A stretch of DNA of 64,000 nt from Octopus sinensis (Eukaryota): positions 7,688,001 through 7,752,000 of the forward strand of contig NC_043009.1 in NCBI RefSeq assembly GCF_006345805.1, written 5' to 3'. The translations under genes were made by a program, and so were the position numbers. The notes under the pieces were generated by a model. That model ran no database searches, was not told the DNA's origin, and was given only the letters and a program-made list of their open reading frames with translations. The first letter of the stretch is position 1. Every line of letters starts with the position of its first letter. Positions 27,060 to 40,084 of the stretch are shown piece after piece.

Positions 27060-27810
27060 TATTGTTGTTATTATTACGAAACCTTGACAGCATTTCTTCC
27101 GGTTCTTTATGTTTCGGGTTCAAATTCCGTCGAGCTCGACTTTACCTTTTATCCTTTCAAGGTCGATTAAATAAGTACAATTTGAACACAAGGGTCCATC
27201 CAATTGACTTGACCCCTTCCTTAAATCTGGTAGCCTTGAACCACACAATTTGAAACCCTTGTTGTTGTTGTTGTTGCACACGGCCTGAAATTTATTGGGG
27301 CAGGAGGCAAGCCGATTGCAACGACCCCAGTGTCTCACTGATACTTAACTTATTTACCCCGTAAAAATAAAAGGTAAATTCGACCTCAGAGGAATTTGAA
27401 CCCAGAATATGAAGACAAACAAAATACCACTAAGCATTTCGAATCGTTAGCACGCCAGGCGAAATGCGTAATCGTATTTAGTCTGCCCTTACGTTCTGAG
27501 TTCAAATTCCGCCGAGGTCGACTTTGCCTTTCATCCTTTCGGGGTCAATAAATTAAGTACCAATTACGCACTGAGGTCGATGTAATCGACTTAATCCCTT
27601 TGTCTGTGCTTGTTTGTCCCCTGTATGCTTAGCCCCTTGTGGGCAATGAAGACATAACTACGTTCTGAGTTCAAATTCCGCCGAGGTTGACTTTACCTTT
27701 CATCCTTTCGGGTTTGATAAATTAAGTACCAGTGAAACATTGGGGTTGATATAATCGACTAGTCTCCTCCCACCAAATTTCAGGCCTTGTATCTATAGTA
27801 GAAATGATTC
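27060..27810. mobile_element. Cluster of four SINE family B copies or fragments (+, -, +, +)
   Basis: Repeated GAGTTCAAATTCCGCCGAGGTCGACTTTGCCTTTCATCCTTTCGGGGTC cores near 27115, 27380 (minus), 27500 and 27670. Confidence 0.85.
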
Positions 27811-27982
27811 ATTTTACTGGATTGTGATTGCGTAGAATGTTTTTGTGGTATGGTTTGGTAGTGGTTGTGTCGATTGTAGGTTGTGTGACTTTAATCATTT
27901 TATTGCTTTTCTGGCTTTTACTAGGAACTTCCTTATCACATTATAGATATCCTGCGCAACAGCAGCAGCAGTAGCAGTATGT

Positions 27983-28033
<51 letters not shown>

Positions 28034-28519
28034 CTGGTGCTGGTGGTGTTTGCGGGGAAGGTTGCGGTGGCAGCTTCGGGGCCGGTGGTGGAGGTGGTGG
28101 TGGTGGTGATCGCGGTGGTGAAGGTGGTAGCCGTGGAAGCGGTGGTGACGGTGGATATTGCGACGTTGTTATTCAAAGACTTGCATAATAGGAATTCAAG
28201 AACCTTTCAAGGGCCAGCAAAAGAACTACATAATCAAGGACCATTGTTTCATCGAGGACATGAAAAATATTCGGGTTTCTGTAAGATCTCATTCAATTGT
28301 GTCTTAATATCAAAGAGCATGCGGCAGCGAATATGTACATTCTTGACACTACATTAATAAGTTCCCGATCAGCACTTTTGTATGTTTTGCGTTGTCCTGA
28401 GATATATTTCAATGGCCAGGTTAACAACACCTAACCATCAACATACGATCGACATGATTTCTTTGCAATAAAGAAACTTGAACTAATAACTAGTTGATGT
28501 TCATTATTAATAAGTTTGT

Positions 28520-29075
28520 TATTTCTTTACTGCCCACAAGGGGCTGCACAAAGAGGGGACAAACAAGGACAGACAAACGGATTAAGTCGATTACATCGAC
28601 CCCAGTGCGTATCTGGTACTTATTTAATCGACCCCGAAAAGATGAAAGGTAAAGTCAACCTCGGCGGAATTTGAACTCGGAACGTAGCGGCAGGCAAAAT
28701 ACCTATTTCTTTATTACCCACAAGGGGCTAAACATAGAAGGGACAAACAAGGACAGACATAGGTATTAAGTCGATTATATCGACCCCAGTGCGCAACTGG
28801 TACTTAATTTATCGACCCCGAAAGGATGGAAGGCAAAGTCGACCTCGGCGGAATTTGAACTCAGAACGTAGCGGCAGATGAAATACCGCTAAGCATGTCG
28901 CCCGACGTGCTAACGTTTCTGCCAGCTCGCCGCCTTTTAGTATTAAGTTTGTGTTATTCCGCCGAGGTCGACTTTACCTTTTCATCCTTTCAGGGTCGAT
29001 AAATTAGGTACCAGTTACGCACTGGGGTTGATCTAATCAAATTTGAAGCTTTGTGCTTCCAGTAGAAAGATTATT
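28520..29075. mobile_element. Head-to-tail SINE family B pair (minus) plus a plus-strand fragment
   Basis: Units at 28520-28700 and 28700-28935 (minus), and 28955-29075 (plus). Confidence 0.88.
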
Positions 29076-29264
29076 GTTAAGTGTGTGGCTGTAACACTTC
29101 AAAAGATGACTTATCTGGTCTTCAGCCTCGTGTCTTTCAGTTATTTGATGTACTCGAATGTTCAGGATGTGCGCGTTTGAGGTGACCTGCGAATTTTCCC
29201 GGGTCCCATCGTAGCGAAAAATCCTGATCGTTTGACTTAATCAGTAGCATCATGTATGAACCGA

Positions 29265-29615
29265 AATACTGGTCAACTTCCTTGCTGACGTTTGTGGCAC
29301 TCCGTCGGTTGCGACGACGAGGGTTCCAGATGATCCGATCAACGGAACAGCCTGCTCGTGTAATTAATGTGTAAGTGACTAAGCACTCCACAGATATGTG
29401 TATCCTTAACGTAGTTCTCAGGGAGATTCAGTGTGTGACAAGGCTGACCCTTTGAAATACAGGTACAACAGAAACAGGGTTCGCCACCACCCCCAGCCGG
29501 AGCCTCGTGGAACTTTAGGTGTTTTCGCTCTATAAACACTCACAACACCCGATCTGGGAATCGAAACCGGGACCGCCAATCCGCTGCCCTAAAGTACTGG
29601 GCCATTGTGCTTCCA
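29265..29615 (-). mobile_element. SINE with a family C head and a family D-type tail
   Basis: GAGCGAAAACACCTAAAGTTCCACGAGGCTCCGGC is shared with 14947-15258; GCCTTGTCACAC...CTACGTTAAG...CGTCGTCGCAACCGAC is shared with 60790-60910. Confidence 0.75.
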
Positions 29616-29671
29616 TGCTGGTGTCTGAAATCACTGTGTTCTCGTATATTCTTTTGATATCCTGAACGAGG

Positions 29672-29886
29672 GAAGGCGGCGAGCTTGCAGAATCGTTTGC
29701 ACACCGGGCGAAATGCTTAGCGGTGTTTCGTCTGTCTTTACGTCCCGAGTTCAAATTCCGCCGAGGTCGACTTTGCCTTTCATCCTTCCGGGGTCGATAA
29801 ATTAAGTACCAATTGCATGCTGGGGTCGATCTAATCGACTGGCCCCTCTCCCAAAAATTTCGAGCCTTGTGCCTAGAGTAGAAAAG
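29672..29886 (+). mobile_element. tRNA-derived SINE, family B, full length with 16 bp TSD
   Basis: Head GGCGGCGAGCTTGCAGAATCG, B-box GAGTTCAAATTCC. GATATCCTGAACGAGG at 29656-29671 and 29887-29902. Confidence 0.93.
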
Positions 29887-29940
29887 GATATCCTGAACGA
29901 GGAATCTGGAAGGAAAATATTAAATTTTGTTGGTTTATCT

Positions 29941-30169
29941 CTTTTGTCTTTCATCTTTTACTTGTTTCAGTAATGAGACAGCGGCCATGCTGGGGCACAG
30001 CCTTGAACAGTTTTAGTCGAACGAATCGACCCCAGTACCTATTTTAAGTCTGGTACTTATTCCATCGACTCTTTTGCCGGACCGCTAAGTTACAGGCACA
30101 GACACACTGTCACTGGTTGTCAAGCACTGGTGGAAGACAAACTCAGACACAAGCACACACACACACACA

Positions 30170-30217
<48 letters not shown>

Positions 30218-31200
30218 TATATATGTGTGTATAAGGACTATATTTCGTTTCACCCACCACATTCAGTAGAGGTGAACCCTAGGTCAAGATTCCTACAACT
30301 ATTGATAGGTGTGGCACCCATACCTCCTACAAAACACTATTTATTCCGTTTGTTGATTCCTTCAGTTTCGCTTCGAAACGCAAAAAGTAAGGAAGCTGAC
30401 GAAACTGCACCGACCATAACACCAGCTTGCATATCCAACAATGTGCAGTCGGTGCAGTTGAAACACGTGTAGGTCCCATAAAGATGATGTAAATAACCGT
30501 TAAATAAAATCATTTAAAAAATCTCCGTTCTCCTTATCATTATTAATGTGTGTATGTATACATACATACATACATACATACATACATACGTACATACATA
30601 CATACATACATACATACATACATACATACATACATACATCGGAGAAGACCCCCTTCGGTCATGACTGACCGTGGAATTGCACCTACAAAGTTACCCTCCG
30701 AGGCACAAGTCCGGGCAAGGTTGTTTATGGAAGACCAGCAGTCACCCATGCATATCGGCCTCCCCTCTCCACACCACTGATGTTATACAAGGGAAAGGCA
30801 AAGGTTGATACAGCTTGGCACCTGTGACGTCCCAATTCCTTTCTACAGCTGAGTGAACTGGAGCAACGTGAAATAAAGTGTCTTGCTCAAGAACACAACA
30901 CGCAGCCCGGGCCGGGATTCGAACTCACAACCTCACGGCCGTAAGATCGGCGCTGTAACCACTGAGACATGCGCCTTCATACATACATACATACATACAT
31001 ACATACATACATACATACATACATACATACATACATACATACATACATACATACACGACGGGCTTCTGTCAGTTTTTGTCTACTAAATCTATTCACAAGG
31101 CTTTGTTCAGCCCGAGGCACTTGCCTAAGGTGCCACTTAGTGACACTGAACCTGGAACCATATAGTTTGAATGCAAACTTCTTACCACACAACCACATCG
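29941..31200 (-). mobile_element. SINE family A split by nested insertions (3' half 29941-30215, 5' half 31035-31200)
   Basis: Both halves are on the same strand and in the correct order around (CA)n/(TACA)n tracts that hold two other elements. Confidence 0.6.
30640..30977 (-). mobile_element. tRNA-derived SINE, family D, inserted in (TACA)n
   Basis: B-box GAGTTCGAATCCC followed by GTGTTCTTGAGCAAGACACTTTATTTCACGTTGCTCCAG; (TACA)n on both sides. Confidence 0.85.
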
Positions 31201-31573
31201 TCTCAATCGCTATGTAACTGTCGAAAGCTTTGAAGCCTTCTTGAAAATAAAAAGATTAGATATATAATTGTCCAGTATGGGCGAATAATATTTTTCAGAC
31301 ACTGCTAATATTTATATGGATACCTGCCTTCATGTGGAGACCACCCACTGTTTGCAATGTGTAATAACTACAAATGCCACACAAGTATAATAATTTGAGC
31401 GCTGCTTTCCAAACCTCAGTAATTGAATATCCCTAAACGGGATTAAGTATGAGTAAACAAGAGATTTTCTGAACAGTTAATTTATGATCACGCCCTAGTA
31501 GCTGTATATACTGACATTTCAGTTTATATACATACATAGATATACATACATACGTACAAACATACACACACAC

Positions 31574-31648
<75 letters not shown>

Positions 31649-31840
31649 TGGTATGAATATATGTGTGTGCGCAGGAGTGCGTGTATGCAAGTGTACGTGT
31701 CTATCTATGTATGTATGCATGTATGTATGTATATTATATACATACATATACGCATATAGCCTATATACGTATACAAACATACACATAACAACCACAGACA
31801 TACAGAGCACACTCATATGAATATATAATATATATATATA

Positions 31841-31894
<54 letters not shown>

Positions 31895-32014
31895 TATTGA
31901 ATTGCTTAATAGAGGTTTTTCTCTCATTTATATATATATATATATATATATTGTGAAATTTGGTTTAGAATTGCTAAATTGAATTTTCTCCTATAAGTTT
32001 GGAATTATATTCCC

Positions 32015-32107
<93 letters not shown>

Positions 32108-32596
32108 CATATATATATATATCTATATATATATATATAGTACATTATTTGTCAGTTTCGAGTTCCACCACTGGATGAAATTCCTCCTTTGGCTGGAATT
32201 CCATCTCTTAGATTTGAATTTCCTTCACTGGGCACTAAATACTGCCTCTAGCTTGAAAATGACTGGGCTACACCAACACCACAAGATACAAAACTATTGT
32301 TCTAAGATGTCAAACGTAACCGTAATTGTTATTGACGTTTTCAATGCCGTTAATGATAATGTTTGTCACCATATTAGCAGATCGAGTAACCATTTCTGAG
32401 AGGTATCCGGAAGTTAATTTTGTGATGTTTACTTTCTTTTATACAGAGGATACAGAGAGTGATTTGAGTGAGATTTGGTTGCCTGTTTACCAAGAGAAAA
32501 TGAAATCCAATAATGGAGACGTTCCCTGATACTACGGTCCCTATTTTTGGATTAATCCACTGAGTGAAGATTAAATAATTCATTAATATTCTGTAT

Positions 32597-33165
32597 AAGG
32601 CGGCAAGATGGCAGATTTGTTACTGCACCGGGCAGATTGCTTAGTAACATTTCGTCCATTTTTAAGTTCCTTTCATCATTTCGGGGTCCATAAAGTAAAT
32701 ACCAGTTGAGCACTGGGGTCGGTGTAATCGACTTACCCACTCTGCTAAAATCGTTGGCCTTGTGCCTAAATTTGAATAGTAGAATCGTTACAGCGCCGGG
32801 TAAGTGCTTAGCAGTATTTCGTCCTTCTTTACGTTCTGAGTTCAAATTCCGCCCATGTCGACTTCGCGTTTCATCCTTTCGGGGTCGATAAAATAGATAC
32901 CAGTTTAGCACTGGAGTCGATGTAATCGACTTCCCCTTCACCCGAAATTGCTGGCCTTGTGCCAAAATTTGAAACCAATATTTTGTATAAATTAAAAGTA
33001 CTGGATTATTAAGATTGCTGATGAGTTAAACAAGACGCCATGCAATGCTTAATTACGGCCATTTATGTTCAGATTTCACATCCTGCCGAGGTTAACTTTG
33101 GTTTTTACCCCTCCGTGGTCGATAATACAAAGTACCAGTTAGGTACTGATGTAAATTCGATAAAC
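32597..33165 (+). mobile_element. Tandem SINE family B copies (about three)
   Basis: Heads or cores near 32600, 32790 and 33085. Confidence 0.8.
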
Positions 33166-33239
33166 TATACACAAACGATGGCTGATGTTTCCGCGGTCCA
33201 CATAACAGTGCCAAACACAATCTGGTAATCAATCGTTAA

Positions 33240-33652
33240 CTCTTTTGCTCTTTTACTTGTTTCGGCCATTTGACTGCGGCCATGCTGGAGCACCGCCTTT
33301 AGTCGAGCAAATCGACCCCGGGACTTATTCTTTGTAAGCCTAGTACTTATTCTATCGATCTCTTTTGCCGAACCGCTAAGTTACGAGGACGTAAACAGAC
33401 CAGCATCGGTTGTCAAGCGATGTTGGGGGGACAAACACAGACACACAAACACACACACACATACATACATATACACATACATATATACGATGTGCTTCTT
33501 TTCCGTTTCCGTCTACCAAATCCACTCACAAGGCTTTGGTCGGTCCGAGGCTATAGTAGAAGACACTTGACCAAAGGTGCCACACAGTGGGACTGAACAC
33601 GGAACCATGTGGTTGGTAAGCAAGCTACTTACCACACAGCCACTCCTACACC
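33240..33652 (-). mobile_element. SINE family A, full length
   Basis: Near-identical to the reverse complement of 7757-8183. Confidence 0.92.
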
Positions 33653-34149
33653 TATGTTTATTCAGATTCTTAGTTCAATTTCTATAGTTTTCACTTTTTA
33701 GTCTCGCAAGTGCATGCTCCGTGAATCAGAGTGCTTATTCCAGCGCATCTCCTTCGTCATCCTCCGTGGCAACACCTTTCCCATTTTGCCTACTGTTGCC
33801 ATGAGATGGTCTGAATTACAGATATTTGTACTTTCTACACCTTAATATAAAGTTACACCATATAAATTACTCTATTAAATTCTCGTTTCTGTTTTGCAAG
33901 CAAGCGAACCGTTGCAGCATCCCTTCTGCTCAGCTCGAAAGGTTTGTCTTCCTTCCTTCTTCCAGGTTTATTTACTGGTGTTCTAGAAACAGTTGCGTGT
34001 TTTTCCAGGTATTCATTTATTGCCAGGTCTTCTAGAAAAAAAAATATTTATTTTTCCAGAAATTTATTTATGTTTCCTGGTCGTCTAGAAACAGATTTGT
34101 TTTTTTATGTTTTTTTTTTCCAGAAGATTATTCTCAAAAACAACGGTTT

Positions 34150-34355
34150 CAAATTTTGGCACAAGACCAACAATTTCATAGGACAGGGTGAGTCTATTAC
34201 ATCGACCCCAGCCCACAACTGATACTTATTTTATCATCTTCTAAGGGATGAAAGGTAAAGTCGACCTCAGCGAAATTTGAACTCAGAATGTAATAAGGGA
34301 CGACATGCCGCTGAGCATTTTTCCCGGCATGCTAACGCTTCTGCCGGCTCGCCTT
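34150..34355 (-). mobile_element. SINE family B
   Basis: AATTTGAACTCAGAA and TTCTGCCGGCTCGCC homology. Confidence 0.82.
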
Positions 34356-34738
34356 TTTATTTTCTACAACATCACTATTGTTGAGGCTTCGTAAGCTGTC
34401 GGAAGGCGGGTTATGGACCTGTAGATTTATGATTTCTTGTTTCTTTAGTCTTGGCGGGGATTAAGATGATTTCCATTCAGGAAGACAGTTATATGTTGTC
34501 GCTGCATCCCTCAGTATCTTATTAATCATTCTATTCGTCTGAAGACCAAATAAGAGCGGATTCTTGGGAATAACTAAAAGCTTAGTGCATCCACGGTTCT
34601 GAAGAACACAGCTGCTTCGTGTTAGTGTCCTCCTCTTGGTAACAACATAAACAGGAATAAATTCACACACACAAACGCATACACACACACACACACAAAT
34701 ACACACAAACACACACACACACAAACACACACACACAA

Positions 34739-34779
<41 letters not shown>

Positions 34780-34981
34780 CGTATATGTGCGTGTGTCTGT
34801 ATGTTTATATATATATATATTATATATATATATATACATATATATATTATGTATATATATATACATATATATATATATATTATGTATATATATATATATA
34901 TGCATACATACGTACACACACACACACACAAATACACACAAACACACACACACACAAACACACACACACAAACCAACACAC

Positions 34982-35013
<32 letters not shown>

Positions 35014-35039
35014 CGTATATGTGCGTGTGTCTGTATGTT

Positions 35040-35077
<38 letters not shown>

Positions 35078-35559
35078 CATATATATATTATGTTATATAT
35101 ATACATATATATATATATATTATGTATATATATATATATATGCATACATACGTACACACACACACACACAGATATATATATACACACACACGGGGATGAA
35201 TCACTCACTACTCTGTTCCTCTGACTTCTTGATAAAAGGAGTCGGAGGGAAAAGCGAATCATGGATTGAAGATGATTGAAGATGATGATGATGATCATCA
35301 TGATCATCATCATGATGACGACGACGACGACAGCCGCGATGATATGATGATGATGATGATGATGGTGGTGACGATTCGACGATTTGAAGTTGACGACGAC
35401 AACAACAACAACAACTGCGATGATGTTAATGATGACATTTCAAATACATCAAACTTCTGAGTCACTGTAAAAACATTATCGATTTATGGACAGTTTGTTG
35501 AATATCTTACTTAAACACACACACACACACACGCCCATATATATATATTATACATATAC

Positions 35560-35608
<49 letters not shown>

Positions 35609-35647
35609 ATAATATATTATTATATATATATTACATACATATATATA

Positions 35648-35700
<53 letters not shown>

Positions 35701-36477
35701 CACATAAGTAATTGACATAAATATGTAGAAGACTTCTTATTCATACTATTATTATTACTCTTTCAATATTCTTCTTTTCCTTCTTTTCTTTCTTTCATTT
35801 TTTTACCCGTTATTAATTTTCTCTTTCTACTTATGATTATTATTATTATTACTGTTGTTGTTGTAGTTGCTGCTGCTGCTGTTGTTGTTGTTGTTGTTAA
35901 ACAAATCATTATTATTATTATTATTACTTTCACACATGTATGAAAGCGAAGAGAAGCCAAAAAAATATATATATATTAAATAGATAGATAGATAAAAAAA
36001 AATTAAATAAATAGATTAGACAACTAGTGTTTGAATACAGTCAAATCAGATCTAGTACATTTATAGTCAAGTCAAACATAGTAGGTCCATAAACAATTCC
36101 TGTCACACAAACTGCTATCAGAACGTCTTGCCAATGACCGGAAACTGGTCGTAAATACGTTTTGTATAATGAGATTTTTAGATGGAAGTAATTGAATATT
36201 ATCGATCTTGAAGAGGTAGATATGACTATCACTTATTTACAACTATTTGCTTTTGTGGTGATGGTGCAAGGTTGATGGAAGTTGTAATGTGTTGCCGGTT
36301 CGCTTACGGAGTGAGAGGAAACATTTAGCGCTGCTTGCTATAAAGCTGTACTTTGCTCTACTATGCTATGCTATGGAGGTGTGATGATGGCTAAAAGAAA
36401 AAGTAAGGTTTCCAGTCTGGGATCTAAGGACGTTTTGGAGGGCTTTTTCGTGAGGTGATAGTTGTGTGTGTGGTGTG

Positions 36478-36508
<31 letters not shown>

Positions 36509-36618
36509 TGTTGTGTGTGTCTGTGTGTGGGTGTGTCTGTGTTTGGTGTGTGTGCTGTATGTGTGTGTGTGTGTGTGTTGTGTGTGTGTGGTGGTGTGTG
36601 GTGTGTGTGTGTGTTGTG

Positions 36619-36654
<36 letters not shown>

Positions 36655-36731
36655 ATGTATTCTGTTTAGACAGGTGTGAATACCTTGTGGTTTTATCGAC
36701 TTTAAAGAATAGTAATATATTAAGTCAACTA

Positions 36732-36915
36732 AAGGCGGCAACCTTGCAGAATCGTTAGATCACCATGCAAAATACTTTGCAGCAATTTCGTCCGTCCTTA
36801 CGTTCTGAATTCAAATTCTGCTGAGCTTGACTTTGCCTTGCATCATTTTGGGGTAGATAAAACAAGTACCAGTTGAACACTGAAATAGATACAATCGACT
36901 AGCCCCCACCACCTA
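36732..36915 (+). mobile_element. SINE family B
   Basis: AAGGCGGCAACCTTGCAGAATCGTTAG head and TTCTGAATTCAAATTC B-box. Confidence 0.8.
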
Positions 36916-36964
36916 ATCATCACCCGAATATATATGTCTGTAGATATACAACCATATCCTCTTT

Positions 36965-37560
36965 TAGATTGCGCCTTAAAGATGAAGGAACTCCATACGA
37001 AATTAAATGGAGGCTCATAGAGCCTATATGAACGGGACCGGACGATGCAAGTTTTATATAGCAGAGTGGGCAAGGATCCTTAAACACTCGATTGACCCGG
37101 AGAACTTTTTAAACCCCAGAAACGAAATCTATAGCCCCTGTCCGCATTTCAAACGCTACCGGCTGCAGGCGTAGGATTCCCCGTTCGTTGATTAGGGCTA
37201 TAAAAAATAACTTCGGACTGGAACCAACCTAAGGGCAGAGATACTCCGTTCGTCGATTGGGACAATAAAAATTTGATAACCGGACCGATCTAAAGGCGAT
37301 AACCCGTCCTGTTTAAGGCTCAGGTAATATATAATATTCTTTTGTTTACAAATTAACCAACCGTAACGGTTTTCTATCTCCAGTTTGAAGAGAGATTATA
37401 TGTCCGCGGCCATTGGAGTCGTCTATAAGGCTAAGCACTCTATGGATGCGAAACCATTGGTCACTCTACGGCCAACCATATAAGTAATATCCTGTAAATA
37501 CATTACGGCTCTAAACTCTTAAAGTGTGCTTCTTTTTCAGATATATGTTCCGCTGATGAT
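36965..37560 (+). mobile_element. Penelope-like element 3' relic (C-terminus of the GIY-YIG region plus 3' non-coding tail)
   Basis: 36972-37174 reads RLKDEGTPYEIKWRLI / AYMNGTGRCKFYIAEWARILKHSIDPENFLNPRNEIYSPCPHFKRYRLQA*, matching the LK..Y.IKW.I...Y...C.LC..E...LN.R.E...C.H C-terminal pattern of Neptune/Naiad-type PLEs. Confidence 0.75.
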
Positions 37561-37580
37561 ACACACACACACACACACAC

Positions 37581-37621
<41 letters not shown>

Positions 37622-37644
37622 CGAAGAAGGCGGGAAAAAGTTGT

Positions 37645-37715
37645 AACGCCACCTGTGGAATTCGAACGCCAGCTTTTGCTCTAAACCGTATAGTTGGTTA
37701 ACCTCTACACCAAAA
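37645..37715 (-). pseudogene. tRNA-like remnant (SINE head or tRNA pseudogene)
   Basis: Minus strand has TGGTGTAGAGG (A-box-like) and GTTCGAATTCC (B-box-like); no convincing cloverleaf. Confidence 0.5.
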
Positions 37716-37849
37716 CGATGTTACAAATTTGACTGTCCAAATTTTTTAAAAAACTTCGCTAAGATTAAACAGATTAATACCAGCGATCTGTACACAGGGA
37801 TCTCGATTCATTGTGTATTAAATGTATGTGTGTGTGTGTGCGCATTTGA

Positions 37850-37889
<40 letters not shown>

Positions 37890-38409
37890 ATTTGAAGGTG
37901 TGTGTGTGTGTGCTAGTGTGTATGTGTGTGTTATTACATACTATATTATTGCGTGTGTGTTATTGCATACTATACAACTAAGATACACTTATTCACATGA
38001 GCAAAATTTACTGTGACTACGTGTTGGCGCTTAAGACCAAAGTTTATACGACGTACTAGTATACAGAATAAAACGATAGTAAAATGTAAACACACAACAG
38101 AGACTTAATACATGGAATATACGTTCAATACTTCTGGTACATTCATAGGCGTCGAAAAAATTAAAAGAACGAGAAAAGAACCATGAACATCTGAAACAGC
38201 ACAATTAAAACTCCTAGAAATACATTGACGCTATTTAGACATTGACAAAATAAACAACAGATTAATAAAAGTGTTCGTTTAGATAGAAGACACTAGAAAC
38301 AGCAGAGCAGCAATGACACATTTCACCAAACTCTTTGAATATTTTCCTTCTTATAATTAAAAGGACAGGGAAACCTTCCCGAAACGTTATACGATCCGTA
38401 GACATAAGT

Positions 38410-38660
38410 ACGTATGTATGTATGTATGTATGTATGTATGTATGTATGTATGTATGTATGTATGTATGTGTGTATGTATGTATGTATGTATGTACGTATG
38501 TATGTATGTATGTATGTACGTATGTATGTATGTATGTATGTATGTATGTATGTATGTATGTATGTGTGTATGTATGTATGTATGTATGTATGTATGTACG
38601 TATGTATGTATGTATGTATGTATGTGTGTATGTATGTAAGTATGTGTGTATATGTATATA
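38410..38660 (+). repeat. (TATG)n array
   Basis: Directly visible. Confidence 0.97.
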
Positions 38661-38669
38661 TATATTCTT

Positions 38670-38919
38670 TTATTCTTTTACTCTTTTACTTGTTTCGGTC
38701 ATTTGACTGCGGCCATGCTGGAACACCGCCTTTAGTCAAGCAAATCGACCCCAGGACTTATTCTTTGTAAACCTAGTACTTATTCTATCGATCTGTTTTG
38801 CCGAAACGCTAAGTTACGGGGACGTAAACACACCAGCATCGGTTGTCAAGCAATGCTGGGGGGGAAACACAGATACACAAACACACATACATACATACAT
38901 ACATACATACATACATACA

Positions 38920-38951
<32 letters not shown>

Positions 38952-39110
38952 AATATATACGACGGGCTTTTTCTGTCTACCAAATCCAATCACAAGGCTT
39001 TAGTTGGCCCGAGGCTATGGTAGAAGACACTTGCCCAAGGTGCCACACAGTGGGACTGAACCAGAACCATGTGGTTGATAAGCAAGCTACTTACCACACA
39101 GCCACTCCTG
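38670..39110 (-). mobile_element. SINE family A with internal (TACA)n
   Basis: Near-identical to 33240-33652 outside the microsatellite. Confidence 0.92.
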
Positions 39111-39147
39111 TATATATATAGCAAAGGCATGAAGTAGCAAATACATA

Positions 39148-39625
39148 GGCAGCAAAACGAAGCTGAAGCTGTTCAAGATATTGGTCCGACCAGTATTACT
39201 CTACGGATGTGAAAACTGGAAAGTGACAACAATGGAAGAAAACGCAATGGACAGCTTCCAGTTCACATGCTTAAGAAGAACACTCGACATGAAGTAGCTG
39301 CAAAGTGTCCGAAATGATACGATTGAGACGACAATGGACATTAACCGGATCGGGGACGAAATATGACGCAGACGCTGGAACTAGACCGGACATGTCCTCA
39401 GGACAAGATCGAAAGAGCGATTGTATGGTAGCGTTAAATTGGCAGCCTGAGGGGGGAAAGAGCAGAGGACGTCATAAAACTACGTGGCGAAGGACCATTG
39501 ACAAGGTAAGGAGGCGAAAAGGGTGGAGAAGTTGGAATGGGACCAAAGCAGCGGCAGGAAACAGAGCTGCTAGCCGGAGAGATCGTGTTGCGGCTTTATA
39601 TGCCTCGTGACATGGGGAGAACTAA
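39148..39625 (+). mobile_element. RTE-clade LINE 3' fragment, decayed
   Basis: Reads TKLKLFKILVRPVLLYGCENW, CLRRTL, RRRWN*TGHVLR, ALNWQPEGGKSRGRHKTTWRRT, GWRSW, VAALYAS: the typical RTE C-terminal signature. Confidence 0.85.
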
Positions 39626-40084
39626 ATAAACAACCAATGTAAGGTAATACAACAATTTTTCTTCTCATTTACTGACACCACTTTACATATTTTGTCTCAC
39701 ATCTTGCCTACATTGCGCATGATTTTTATTCTTTTATTTTCTTTTTTTTTTTTCAAGGATTTATATCATTTATAAATAAATGCATATACAATCATACTTC
39801 AACGTACGTTGGCAAATGGTTGCAAAACATGCGACTTAACTCGAAAAACGACGCATTAGAAACAAAATAGATATTCGCTCATATATACTCTAATAAACAG
39901 TTTGTACATCTTTTCACACATGTTATTTAATTTCCCACTTCGCTATTTGTTTAAGTTTATTTCGTTCATTAATTTTTTTTTTTAATGTAACATAAAGTCG
40001 AAAACGACGTAAGTTGTGGTATGTTTTTATTTAAAATTTTATTTAAAATTGTGACTATTCACACAGGTACGAAATATCGATTGC

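Noticed and set aside
35217-35250. 11 bp GC-rich hairpin
   Set aside because: Isolated; no Helitron CTRR end or other supporting structure.
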